Shown piece by piece: positions 12,986 through 24,414 of a DNA stretch of 59,011 nt. Both the position numbers and the translations under genes were made by a program. The notes under the pieces are model-generated. The model ran no database searches and had not been told where the DNA came from. It saw only the letters and a program-made list of their open reading frames with translations. Every line of letters starts with the position of its first letter. Positions within the stretch are counted from its first letter, which is position 1. This DNA comes from Emiliania huxleyi CCMP1516. Lineage: Eukaryota. The stretch is from contig NW_005201286.1 in the NCBI RefSeq assembly GCF_000372725.1, positions 186,001 to 245,011 on the forward strand, written 5' to 3'.

Positions 12986-13799
12986 GCGCTGGCTGCCTCA
13001 CCTCGCCAGTGCTGTTCAAGCCTGCGAGAGGCGTGTCGGCTCGCCGCCCGCGTCGCCCGCGGCGGGCGCGCGTGGCGTGCCGCTGGTCGGGAGTGCCCAG
13101 CAGGCTGTGCAGGGCAGTCTGCCTCACTCAGAGCGCCGCGGCGCGGGGCCGCCGTCGGCGCTGCGCCGCGAACGCTGCCGCTGTGTGCGTCACCATCGCG
13201 TCACCACTGTGTCCTCGCCGCGTCGTCGACGCCGCTCGCCGCTCGCCCCGCTGCCCTGCCCTGCCCTTCCACGTATTATTAATTGCTTGAGGGACAAGTC
13301 CTCACCTAATTATTCATCGCCCGAGGTGGCACGTCCTCAACTATTTATTAATTGGTCGAGGCTCTTCACACGCCGGTCCTTCACAGGTACGAGAGGGGTG
13401 CGGCATCTCTTGCGGGTCTCGCCAGGGGCGCCTACCAACCTCGCTTGCGAGGGGCGTGTGGCATGTCTGAACGGACTCGTGAGGGGCGCCTGCCTACCTC
13501 GCTTCGTCGAAGCGGCGCTTTGTACCCACACCCACCCCGCCGCATTCGTCGCCGGCGCGCGACACGTTCCTGTCGGCCGGACTGTCCTCGCCGAGTGCGT
13601 GCCGCTGAGGCGGGACGCACTCAGGGACAGTGCCGGCGGGACGCGGCTCGAGAGGCAGCTCCCGCGGAGGCACGGCTGGCACCCGTGGCGCGGGGCTCGT
13701 CTTCGGAAAGACCAGGATCGCTCTACTGGCAAACTTCTGGCTGACACGCGCGCCCGGTCGAGCCTTCGGCGGGCGCGCTGCGGTCGCACGCCTACCCAA

Positions 13800-14300
13800 G
13801 TCATAGGCCACGGCGTGCGATCTAGATTCAGCACACGCGCCTCTGCTCGCAACCACTCATCCAATGAACTGTCGTCACCCATGAGTGCGAGATAGGGCTG
13901 GCGGCTGGCCGCTAGCCTGTGAGGAGGGCGTCCATAGACACCTCACAAGACCCCACACACGGTATCGTCCGTGCCTTGCGGCCGGCGACGAGATTGCTAG
14001 AGGCGGAGCAAGCCTGCTCTAGTCTCACACGTTCGCCCCTGTCGCCTGTCTGTGTTGTTGTGCTGTTGTTTGTCTCTTGGCACCTTGGAGTGCTGGGGGG
14101 GGCGACAGGGGGGACGTGGCTGGCCTGAGTGATGTGTACGCCCACTCAGGATGTGTGGCAGCCCGCTGGCTGTGTGTCTCGTGAGCTTGTTTGTGTCTGT
14201 GTGTCGCTCGTGCGTGTCGTCATCATCTGTCTTGCGTCCACCCATACCGCGTTGGTGTCCAGTCCGAGCCTGACTGTTCTTCACCTTCCTACATACATAC
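13800..14300 (+). repeat. Dispersed repeat, probable retroposon 3' end (copy 2)
   Basis: Inverted, diverged match to 1532-2030; ends in (TACA)n. Confidence 0.6.
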
Positions 14301-14489
14301 ATCTCTCTCTCTCTCAGGGAGTCGGCCGGCGCGAGCGACGGCCGCCGAGCTTTAGGTCGCCGACATACAGCGAATATTGTGCACCAAACGTGTGCTGAGA
14401 AGGGGTACTAGGTACTTTTCGCTTCCCGCGCTCACCGAACTCGCTCCTCCAACTCGGGCGCTTCCCGCTCGGCCGCGCTCACCTCGACC

Positions 14490-15805
14490 ATGGACCTGTC
14501 CGCCCTCCCGCTCCCGCCCTCGCGGCTCGCTCTCCTCCACACAGCCGGGTACCGCAAGCGCAGCGACCTGGACGGCGTCATCGCGGCGACGCTCGCGCAA
14601 AAGATTGGCGGCACGGCGGCCGAGGCTGCGCGGCTGCTGGCCAACGTGCACTCGGGCGGCAGCAGCTCGGACGACCTGGGCGCAAACTACCTGCGCACCT
14701 CGGCTCGCACCGGCCTCGCGCTTCTGCAGGAGGAGCGCGCCGCCCAGAAGATTGTCACGCTCGTGCAGCCGCTCGACGAGCTTCTCGGCGGCGGCGTGCG
14801 GCCGGGCCAGCTCACCGAGGTTGCGGGCGTGCCCGGCGTGGGCAAGACGCAGATGGGGATGCAGCTGGCCGTCAACGCCGCCGTCCCTCACGCACTCGGC
14901 GGCGCCGGTGGCGAGACGGCCTACATCGACACGGAGGGCTCCTTCTCGGCGCAGCGGGTGCGCGAGATGGCGGAGGGGCTCGTGGGCTCGCTGTGGCAGA
15001 GCCTCGTGGCGTGCCGGCCCGAGGAGCGGGGCGCGCGGGAGGAGGCGTTGCGCGGCCTCACCTGCGAGGGCGTCCTCTCCGGCATCCACGTCTTTCGCTG
15101 CCACGACCTCGCCGAGCTGGTCGCCGCGGTCAAGGGTCTCTGCGCGTTTGCCGAGGGGCGCTCGTCGCGCGTGCGCCTGGTGGTGGTCGACTCGGTCGCG
15201 TTCCACTTCCGGCACGAGAACCTCCCCTTCGCGCGCCGGCTCCAGCTCCTCGGAACCGTCAGCCAGGCGCTCCTCGACTTTGCGCGCGCCGAGCGCGCCG
15301 CGGCGGTGCTGGTGAACCAGGTGACGACACCTCCCAGACACTGCCTAGACATTTCCCAGACACTGCCCAGACACTGCCCAGAGATTGCCTGGACGCCACC
15401 TAGACACTCCTCTCTTGCCAATCAGGTGACGACGAAGGTCAACGACGCGACCAACGACTCGTTCCTCGCGCCTGCGCTCGGCGAGTCGTGGGCAGACTGC
15501 CGCACCAAGCGCGTGCTCCTGGAGTGGCAAGGGTTCGACGGTGTGGTAGTGTATGATAGGCGCACACCTGCCACACCAAGCTGATGCTCGAGTGGCGGCA
15601 GCGCACCCGCGTCGCGCGCCTCTACAAGGGCGGCCCGCCCGGCTGCGTGCCTTACCAGGTCCTCACCGAAGGTGTGCGCAGGGCGGAGGGCGCAGCGGCG
15701 GCGGCGCCCGAGCCGGCCGCGGCGTCGCTCGCGCGGCAGCGGGACGAGCAGGCGGGCGCTTGGGCGGCGCAGGAGCCGAAGCGGCAGCACACAGGCGACT
15801 CGTGA
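14490..15805 (+). CDS. RAD51C: RAD51 paralog, RAD51C-like; exons 14490-15320, 15426-15491, 15560-15805
   Basis: LDELLGGG, Walker A GVPGVGKTQ, YIDTEGSF, Walker B LVVVDSVAFHFR, NQVTTK and PALGESW. Confidence 0.88.
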
Positions 15806-16087
15806 GGCGGGAATCGGACGAGCGCCCAGTGGCAGCTCTCCCCTGTCCAGAGTCCACGCACCGCGCATGCACTTGACTCTTGAGGAGGCTTTCGGGTGGC
15901 TGGGGTGCACTTGCCCACGGCTTCTCTGGCTACTTCTGTCGGGTGACAATCGTACGTTCGCCTATCTTTGTCTGTGTCCGCCGCGGTGTAATCCTGAGAG
16001 ACAGTGAGAGACTTGTCGAGCGGAGGAGAGAAAAAAGACATATATACACGTATATCTAATATCATAATTGCGGATATCATAATATGC

Positions 16088-17147
16088 GGCCGACTGCACG
16101 CTAAAGGCTACACGCTCGCACACCACTTGCAGAGTGGCTCTCCCGGGCGCTCAGCCCACGGCGGAGGCACGCCAGGCCCCGGGCAGCCGGCCGTCACTCG
16201 CCTAAGCGCCTAAGCGGCCTAAGCGGGGGGGTGCTTAGGGTGCTTAGGCGCTTAGGCGGCCCTTGCGAGCGTGGCGGCGTGGTGGTATCGTAATACAAGT
16301 GACTCCGATGACACACATGATGCTCTTGCTAGTGTCATTGCTCAGAGAGCAGCCTCACCGCGTCGAAAGTCTACCACTGGCCCTGGTCGCACACCGCCGC
16401 TGAGCTGTGATGATGCCCACAGCACCAGCAGCAAAGGCGGGCGGGCCGACCCCGCGGCCATCGCCGCCGCTGCCGCCTCCTCCGCCGCCGGCGCCGCCCC
16501 CTCTGCCGTCGCCGTCACCTTGGGCTGCATCACCCGCGCCGCCGCCGCGCACCGGCTCGTGCTCATTCAAAGGCGCCTCGAGTTGCAGGCCAGCGGCGCT
16601 GACGTTGTCGTGGTCGGGCTGCCCAACGTCGGCGCGGGAGGGAGGGGGCAACGCCGTTATGAAGAGCGCGAGAGCGAGCGCCGACGGCCCAGATTCTGAG
16701 CAGCAGCCCGCCTGGTCATGGGCCACTTGCCTACGTGCGTCCAGCTTCCACTATAGGACGAACGTCGAAGTTTGCTCTCCGACGCCGTGCCGAGCGAAAC
16801 CTTTTCCTTCGAAGCCCGGCGACGTAGCCGGGCGAGCGGAATAGGGCAGCCCTAGAGAGCACCTTGAGGCCATTCAATAGAGCCCGTACTATAGTCGAGA
16901 GTCGATCGCCGGCCCGCGCAGTGCTGCTCTGACCGCTCCGCCGGGCCGCCTCCGGGCCGCCGCGGCGGAGACGTGCACATAGGCAAGTTGGTATTTTCAT
17001 ATATGAACTTCAAAATAGTATTGGCTAGTCTAATTCTACTCATCACAACTCGCCAGGAACACCCACACACTATAGGGTCATTGTGTAGCCCTGCTTAGAA
17101 GGAAAAGGTTTTCTGCAAGGTCCGTATGCCTTACCGTGTAGTCGGCC
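16088..17147. mobile_element. Non-autonomous DNA transposon, ~17-bp TIRs, 4-bp TSD ATGC
   Basis: Left end GGCCGACTGCACGCTAA; reverse complement of right end GGCCGACTACACGGTAA. ATGC at 16084-16087 and 17148-17151. Confidence 0.65.
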
Positions 17148-17315
17148 ATGCCTGTACGGGTGCATTTATAATTTATATGGTTTACATGTGGTGCTGAAGC
17201 GTGAAGTGAGTGTGAACACGAATGGCGTATGGGCTGAGAGCAACGAGCTGAGAGCGGCGACATGTGATGCTGAAACACACAGTCACAGACTCAACACAGA
17301 GCCGGTGTGCGCGGT

Positions 17316-19290
17316 TCACAGCGGGCCCGAAATGCCCTGCCGGTACCCCTGCGCGACCAGCGCATGCGCTGAGCGGTGCGCCCTGCCCCTCGCCCACCAG
17401 AGTGCAAGGCAGCAGAGGAGTCCGCCGCATACCGCTGCCGGCCCGCCGCCGCCCACCGCCGCCCAACCCTCCGGCGCGGCTGCCTCGCCGGCGGCGGAGA
17501 AGGCGGTAAAGGCGGGCTCCGCGCCGGGCTGCGGCTTCAAGCTAGGGACGATGAGGCGGTCGATCGCGTTGTGGTACCTACGCGGTGCTCTCGCAGGTGG
17601 GGAGGAGAGGCGCGGCTGCAGCGTGGGGAGGAGAGGCGCGCGCATGTACGGCTTGTACGACTCGCCTGCAGGAAGGTTCCGAGAGGGTTCAGATAAGGTT
17701 CAGAGAGGGTTCAGAGAGGGTTCAGAGAGGGTTCAGAGAGGGTTCAGAGAGGGTTCAGAGAGGGTTCAGAGAGGGGTCCCAAGAAGGGGCGATGTGCCCT
17801 GCTCACGCCACTCGCCTCCAAAGAGGTAGAAGGCGCCGCCCGACGGGTCGCGGACAACGCCTTGCCGGTAGCGGTGAGTCGGCGAGCTCGGCGTGCTCAC
17901 GCGGCGCCAGCCTCCTCCCGCGTACACCCACGCGTCGCCGTAGCACGTGCACCTGCGGCAGGCCGACTCGCGCACTGACTCTCGCGCCCCCGACTCTCGC
18001 GCCCCCGGACCTCCCTTTCCGCAACCCTCGGCTCGGACAACCTCGGTCAATCTCGGTCAATCTGAGTCAATCTGAGTCAATCTGAGTCAATCTGAGTCAA
18101 TCTCGGTCAGTCTCGCGAGCCGCACCCAGGCGTGCAGTGTGCTCCGCCGTACAGAAGCAGGCTGTCGGGCGGCGCCGCGACGAGGGAGGCGTGCGATCGG
18201 GCAGCCGGCGCAAGCGGCACGGGCCCGTGGCCCAGCCCGCTCTGCGTGAGAAGCGACCAGCGCCGCGTCGTCGCGTCAAAGTGCCACAAGTCGTCGAGCG
18301 GGGTGGGCGGGGAGCGGCTGCCCGGCTTGCCGCGCCGCGTGCCGCCGAAGACGAAGAAGCCGCGCCCGTCCGGCGCCGCGCCTACCGCCACTCCCTCGCG
18401 TGACGGCGTCGCGTCGCGAGGCGGAGAGGGCGCGGCGGGGAGGGCGCGCGCTTGCGGCGGCGGCGTGGCGCGTGCCCGGGTGCTGCCCTCCTGCGGATGC
18501 GACCGCCGCCGCGTCGTCCACCTGCCATGGTAGTGATCGAGATCAATTGGACGACGATCGGATGAGATGACCCACCAGACCTTGCGAGCTCCAGGCCGCA
18601 CCTTTGTCCACGCACGGGCGGCGAAGGAGAAGCGCCACGTGTCGTCGCGTTCGAGCCCGCCGTAGACGTACATCGCGTCGCCTGCGGCAGGCGGCTGGCT
18701 CTGAGGGAGGGAGGGAGGGAGGGAGGGAGAGAGGGAGGGAGGGAGGGAGGGAGAGAGAGAGACAGAGAGAGAGAGAGACAGAGAGACAGAGAGACAGAGA
18801 GCGGTGGCGTCGCGCCGACGAGGGCGGCCACATGCAGCGCGCGCTTCGGCGGCGCCCTGCCGACCGGCGTGACGGACGACCACGTGAAGCTACTCAGGTC
18901 GAGCCGCCAGAGCTCCGAGTTCCACGCCTTGAAGACATAATTGTGCAGCGAGTGCTTGTGCCCGCCGTCGTCGCCGCCGTACATGTAGAGGCCGCCGTCA
19001 AATACGACGGCGGAGGCAGAGTAGCGCGCCGACGGCGCACCGTGCCGTTCGCCGCGGTGCACCTGCCGCCACGCGCCGCGCGACACCTCAAACACCCACG
19101 CGTCGGACAGCCATGCCGGCTGGCGGATGTCGTGGTTGTAAAAGTAGCCGTGCGTTACGACGATGCGGCCTTCGTGCCACACGACGCACGCCGAGTAACG
19201 CACCGACGGGTGCGTTGAGTCGCCGATCATCGGGCGGTGCTCGGGCAACACCACGTCCCAGGCGGCAAGAGTCGTGGCGTTGTCGGGCAT
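17316..19290 (-). CDS. Multi-exon Kelch-repeat protein with C-terminal hydrophobic segment
   Basis: Kelch motifs PSARYSASAVVFDGGLYMYGG, MYVYGG, FFVFGG...LDDLWHFD and LLLYGG. Introns carry micro- and minisatellites. Ends are approximate. Confidence 0.82.
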
Positions 19291-21203
19291 TGGGAGGCCA
19301 CAGAAGAAAAGAATTCGCGGGCCACGCGGCACGGGACTGGCGCGCACTGGCACTAACACGAATAAAAGAATGGGGATATTTTCGTCGTGCCACTTAAACT
19401 CCCTGTGTGGTGGCGGCGTGCCGTCCTCCCATGCTCCCATCCCTCCCTTGCGGTCTGTTTTCTTTCTTTCTTCCCTCTTTTGCGAGGGAGTTGTGTGTTA
19501 AATTCTTTTCATATGGAAGTGTGTTGTGAGTGGGGTGAGCCTACACGAACGAGCAGTACCACTGCGCCGCGCCGTTTCTCGAATTTGTATCGGGCGCCGG
19601 CTTTGATTGCTTTGTCCGACAGTCGCAAGTTGTGCCACAGCTGCGGCTATCTCGCCTGGCGCATGCGACCTCGATGCGCGGCGCTGCAGGCGCTAGCGGC
19701 GGCATCGCTGGGAACAGTCTACGCCGCTGCGGAGTGCGGGGAGCTAGGCCGAGCCCACGGCCTCCGCCTCGACTTCCTGAACTCGGAGGCGGGCGATGAC
19801 ATCAACAATTTGGGTCGCGGCGCTCCCCGCAGTGCTCCCCCCTGCCATTCTGTCCACCCGCGCGGGCCGGCTCGCACAAGCCACGCAGTGACGACCCGCT
19901 TGCCGTGCCAGGCGGCTTTCCCGGCGGGCTTGCTTATGGCGACTGCACGGTGCTCCACCCCCTCACCGCGAAACGCTAGCGGAGCGGCTACAATCGTCGG
20001 CCCCCAGCGACCCGCAGCGATGGATGCCGCCGCCCCCCCGCCCCCTGCGGCTGACGCGCCGATGCACGACCGGCCTCCGTCGGATGGCTCTCCGGCCTCT
20101 CCGGCCGCTGACGCGGCCGCCCATGCTGCTGCCGATCCGGTCCCTCTCACGCTCAGCGATATCCGCACAAGCTACGACAACTTTGAGGTCGCCGGCTTTG
20201 GCCAGGTGCAGCGACCACCTGCTTGCCTCCATGTTCACGCTTCGCGCCCCTCCCCCCCTCTGACACCGCCGTATGACCTTAGGTGAGGGGCACGACTACC
20301 CGCCTGGAAGGCGCTCTCATCAGCAAGTCACCCAGGCACCAACTCCTGGGCGTTTACGCTTGACTACGAAACCATGCAGTGGATGCAGCTCGATCAAAAC
20401 GGCGACGCCAACAGCTGGTCCCTGGGCGAGTTCCTCGCCCAGGATGAGGTGCGAGTCATGATGCTCGACCCAGCGTGCACCAAGTCGCTCACATTCCGTG
20501 AGTTCGTCAACGGGCCGATCATCTCTCCAAGTCGACTGCGATCTCGGACTCCGACAACTGGACCGGTGCACCAGCCGCGGAGGACGATGGCTCCCTCGAC
20601 GACATCCCTTCATCGACGGACGCCTTCACCGCCGCCGGCCCTGGGCCATCCAGCGCGGCCTCCGACGGCCTGCACGTGATCGAGCGGGTACAGAAACGGT
20701 GGCTGCCGCAGCTCACACCCTAATCGATCTGCCTTAGGCACGGAGCCAACGGAGCCATCGCGCATGCCCGCATCGCGTGCGGCTCCGAGGTCTCCCGCCG
20801 AGACCGGCTCGGCGCGGCGCGTGGCCGCACGCCGCCGTTGAAAAGGCGAGATAGGACCGAGGGGAGAGCGCCGGCCACATCGAGCGAGCGCTGACGTGTA
20901 AGGTGTCTGTGCTGCTCCGGTGTGTGTGGGATTCTGCCTCCCCCCCCATCTGTGCGGCGAGTTGTTTGCGGCGCGATGCCCGATCGTGCGCGATAGCCTC
21001 CCATTGTGCGTGGTGTGTCGGTGTGTCGGGGTCGTCCGGAGCGCGTGTGGCGGCGCCGTTGCATGCAGCGACTGCTCCACGTGCCACGACTGCTTTGACT
21101 GACGTGACTGACTGATGAGTGCCACGACTGCTTTGACTGACGTGACTGACTGATGAGACATGAGTGCTGATGGATGATCTCCGACAACCCAAAACCAAAA
21201 TGC

Positions 21204-22398
21204 CTGAGCCCTGGTGTCGAGGTGTCGAGGCCCGGTGTCGAGGGTGTCGAGCTGCTGTCGAGGGATAGAGGTGTCGAGAGGCCTGTCGAGGCCTGTCGAG
21301 GCCTGTCGAGGCCTGTCGAGGCTGGGACCAAGCTTGTCCGTGTCGAGGGGTGTCGAGGGGTGTCGAGGGTGTCGAGGGTGTCGAGGGTGTCGAGGGTGTC
21401 GAGCAGGTGTCGAGTGTTGTCAAGGGGTTTTGCGTCTAAGGTGTCGAGGTGTCCAAGGTGGCAGGATGCAGTTGCAGCCCATCAACAAAACTTGGGCAGC
21501 AGTTGCAAAGCTGTTTCATCCCTTAGTTGCAGCCTCAGTTGCACCCTGTTGATGTAGCACAACCTGAGCACAACCAGTATACTCTCTGTGGACATTTGAG
21601 GACATCAAGTGCCGGGAGTCATTGCCACTGTGCACAAAGGTGCTGTGCAGGCGCAGCACCGCAGCAGCGTCGCCGCTGCAGCAGCGTCGCCCCTGCAGCG
21701 TCACCGGCGCACAAAGCGCAACTGACCACAGCGCTCATATGGCACAAGGCTGGTGCCATGAGTCAGTGGACATTGCCACTGCACAAGGTGCTGTCCAGCA
21801 GCTAAGGGCTGCCAGTACCCCATCGCAGCAGCGTCGCCGCCGCTGCAGCGTCGCCGTTGCAGCCGAGCGTCGCCAGTGCACAAAGCGCAATGGACCACAG
21901 GTCTGCACTCATGGCACAAGCTCACTGGTGTGAGGATTCATTGCCACTGTACAAGGTGCTGTGCAGCACCTGAGGGCTACCTGAGTACTGCCATGTTTGC
22001 TGCATCAACAGGGGTGCAACTGAGCTGCAACTTGAGCTAGAACTTGAGAGGCTGCAACTCAGGGATGAAAGTACTGCCAGCCAAGTTTGATTGCTGCTGC
22101 AACCCTGATTTCTAACTCTGACTCCAATGGGTCTACATCTCTGCTGTGTTAGGATCATCAGAGGTGTCGAGCGGTGTCGAGCGGTGTCGAGCGGTGTCGA
22201 GCGGTGTCGAGCGGTGTCGAGGGGTGTCGAGGGGTGTCGAGGTGTCGAGTTTGGCACCTTGACACGGACGAGCTTGGTCCCAGCCTAGATGGTGTCGAGG
22301 GGTGTCGAGGGGTGTCGAGTTGGTCGAGTTGGCATGGGGTGTCGAGGTGTCGAGTCAGTGTCGAGGTTTGGTGTCGAGGTGTCGCGGCCAGGGCTCAG
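21204..22398. mobile_element. Non-autonomous TIR element with 8-bp TSD (hAT-like TSD length)
   Basis: 11-bp TIR CTGAGCCCTGG / CCAGGGCTCAG. TSD CAAAATGC at 21196-21203 and 22399-22406. Subterminal (GTGTCGAG) arrays. Confidence 0.85.
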
Positions 22399-22589
22399 CA
22401 AAATGCAAATGCGGAGTGGCCCACTTTGGCGTGCAGATCCTGCGTCTCTCACTGCCCGAACAACAGAGACGGGTACTTGTAGTATAGTAGGGTGAGAATT
22501 ATGAAAAACGCCGGAATTCGGACGAGTACTCTCGCCTGCACAAATCCGCCGCAGGTCCCACACTAGGCCCAGAAAAATTCTTTCTCGCG

Positions 22590-24008
22590 ATGTCCACCCC
22601 ACCGCGCCGCCGCTCGCGCCGCCTCGCCCCCGCCACCTCCGCCGCGCCCCCGCCAAGTACGCCGCCGCCCGCCCGCCTCCTCGACCTCCCCAGGGAGCTC
22701 CTCGTGCGCGCCCTCTCCCGCTGCGACCCCGCCGGCATCGCTCGCGTCGCGGCCGTCTCGCTGCTCTTCCACGCCTCGCTTGCGGTGGAGGCCATCCGCT
22801 TGTGGGCGCAAGAGCGCGGCTTCGAGCTGCCGGCGCAGCCAGAGGGCGAGAGCTGCGCCGTGCGGTGGCTGTGCTTTGCTGCGCTGCTGCGCGAGGCCAA
22901 CCTGCTGGCGAGGGTGGCGGCGGGCGAACGGCACAGTGTCTTCATCGACGGCGAGGGGCGGCTCTCGTCGTGCGGCTCGGAACCGGAGGGCGAGGAGGAA
23001 GAGGAGGACGAAGAGGAGGTATTTCAAGGCCTTCTCGGCCATGGCGAGGGCGTGACGCGGCTCAATACGCCGACCCGCCTCCCTTCTCCGCTGGGCGGCG
23101 AGCGTGCCGTGAGCGTGTCGGCGGGACGCAAACACAGCCTCGCAATCACCGCCGACGGCGCTGTCTTGAGCTGGGGCGATGGAGAGTTTGGCAAGAAGGT
23201 GGAGGCCTTTGCTGGGCGGCGCGTCGTCGCTGTGTCGGCTGGAGCCGATCACAACCTCGCCCTCACCGCCGACGGCTCTGTCTGGAGCTGGGGCTGGGGA
23301 AGTTTTGGCGCGCTGGGCCACGGCGACGAGCAGAACCAGCTGCAGCCGAAGAAGGTTGAGGCCTTGGCTGGCCAGCGCGTCGTCGCTGTGTCGGCTGGAG
23401 TGGGCATCAACCTCGCTCTCACCGCCGACGGCAGCGTCTGGAGCTGGGGCGATGGAGGCTTTGGCGAGCTGGGCCACGGCGACCGGCAGAGCCAGCTGCT
23501 GCCCAAGAAGATCGAAGCCTTTGCTGGCCGGCGCGTTGTCGCTGTGTCGGCTGGAGCAGCCCACAGCCTCGCCCTCACCGCCGATGGCGCTGTCTGGAGC
23601 TGGGGCGCTGGAGAGGATGGCCAGCTGGGCCACAGCGACGAGCAGGACCAGCTGCTGCCAAAGAAGGTCGAGGCCTTTGCTGACCAGCGCGTCATCGCTG
23701 TGTCGGCTGGAGGCAGCCACAGCCTCGCCCTCACCGCCGACGGAGCTGTCTGGAGCTGGGGCGAGGGAGCCTTTGGCCAGCTGGGCCACGACGACGAGCA
23801 GAACCAGCTGCTGCCGAAGAAAGTCGAGGCCTTTGCTGGCGAGCGCGTCGTCGCTGTGTCGGCTGGACCCTGCCACAGCCTCGCCCTCGCCGCCGACGGC
23901 GCCGTCTGGAGCTGGGGTGATGGCGAGACCGGCTGCCTAGGGCACGGAGAGGACCTGTCGAACCAGCTGCTGCCCAAGAAGATCGAGGCGTGGGGCCTGG
24001 GGCGGTGA
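22590..24008 (+). CDS. F-box-like + RCC1-repeat protein (paralog A)
   Basis: LLDLPRELLVRALS followed by repeats of VVAVSAGxxHSLALTADGAVWSWGxGxxGQLGHGD; intronless. Confidence 0.92.
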   Translation: MSTPPRRRSRRLAPATSAAPPPSTPPPARLLDLPRELLVRALSRCDPAGIARVAAVSLLFHASLAVEAIRLWAQERGFELPAQPEGESCAVRWLCFAALLREANLLARVAAGERHSVFIDGEGRLSSCGSEPEGEEEEEDEEEVFQGLLGHGEGVTRLNTPTRLPSPLGGERAVSVSAGRKHSLAITADGAVLSWGDGEFGKKVEAFAGRRVVAVSAGADHNLALTADGSVWSWGWGSFGALGHGDEQNQLQPKKVEALAGQRVVAVSAGVGINLALTADGSVWSWGDGGFGELGHGDRQSQLLPKKIEAFAGRRVVAVSAGAAHSLALTADGAVWSWGAGEDGQLGHSDEQDQLLPKKVEAFADQRVIAVSAGGSHSLALTADGAVWSWGEGAFGQLGHDDEQNQLLPKKVEAFAGERVVAVSAGPCHSLALAADGAVWSWGDGETGCLGHGEDLSNQLLPKKIEAWGLGR

Positions 24009-24414
24009 GCGATGGGGGGGGCGGAAGCCGGAACGGAGCGGGTCTTTAATGAGCCTGTGAGTCTGTGAGCCTGTGCCCTGACTTGGCACTTGGGGGTATG
24101 AGGAGAAGGACATTTGCGTGCAGGCGGCGCGGGCGGCTCGCGTCGTCGAGGCTCGAGCGGACGCGCTTTTTCGCGGTGTACAATTTCCAAAAAAAAAACG
24201 CGGGATGGCGGTGAAACCGCAAACCCAGTGCGTGCGTGCGGGGGGCGGGGCGTGGTGACTGGAGCGGTGACTCATATGAACCCCCCCCCCCCACACACAC
24301 ACACACACCACCGCGGGGTATGGCCATGCAGCGCGCTGGGGGCGGCGCGGGACCAGCTCCTCTCTTTCCGGTGGGTGGGTGGGTGGTGGGGGGGGGGGCA
24401 AGGGGGTTCATTAT

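Noticed and set aside
12579..13895. 438-aa ORF as one gene
   Set aside because: Reads through a (CT)n microsatellite and joins unrelated segments.
20960..21020. LINE RT C-terminal motif (WEAIAHDRAS) on the minus strand
   Set aside because: Too short, with no supporting RT sequence nearby.
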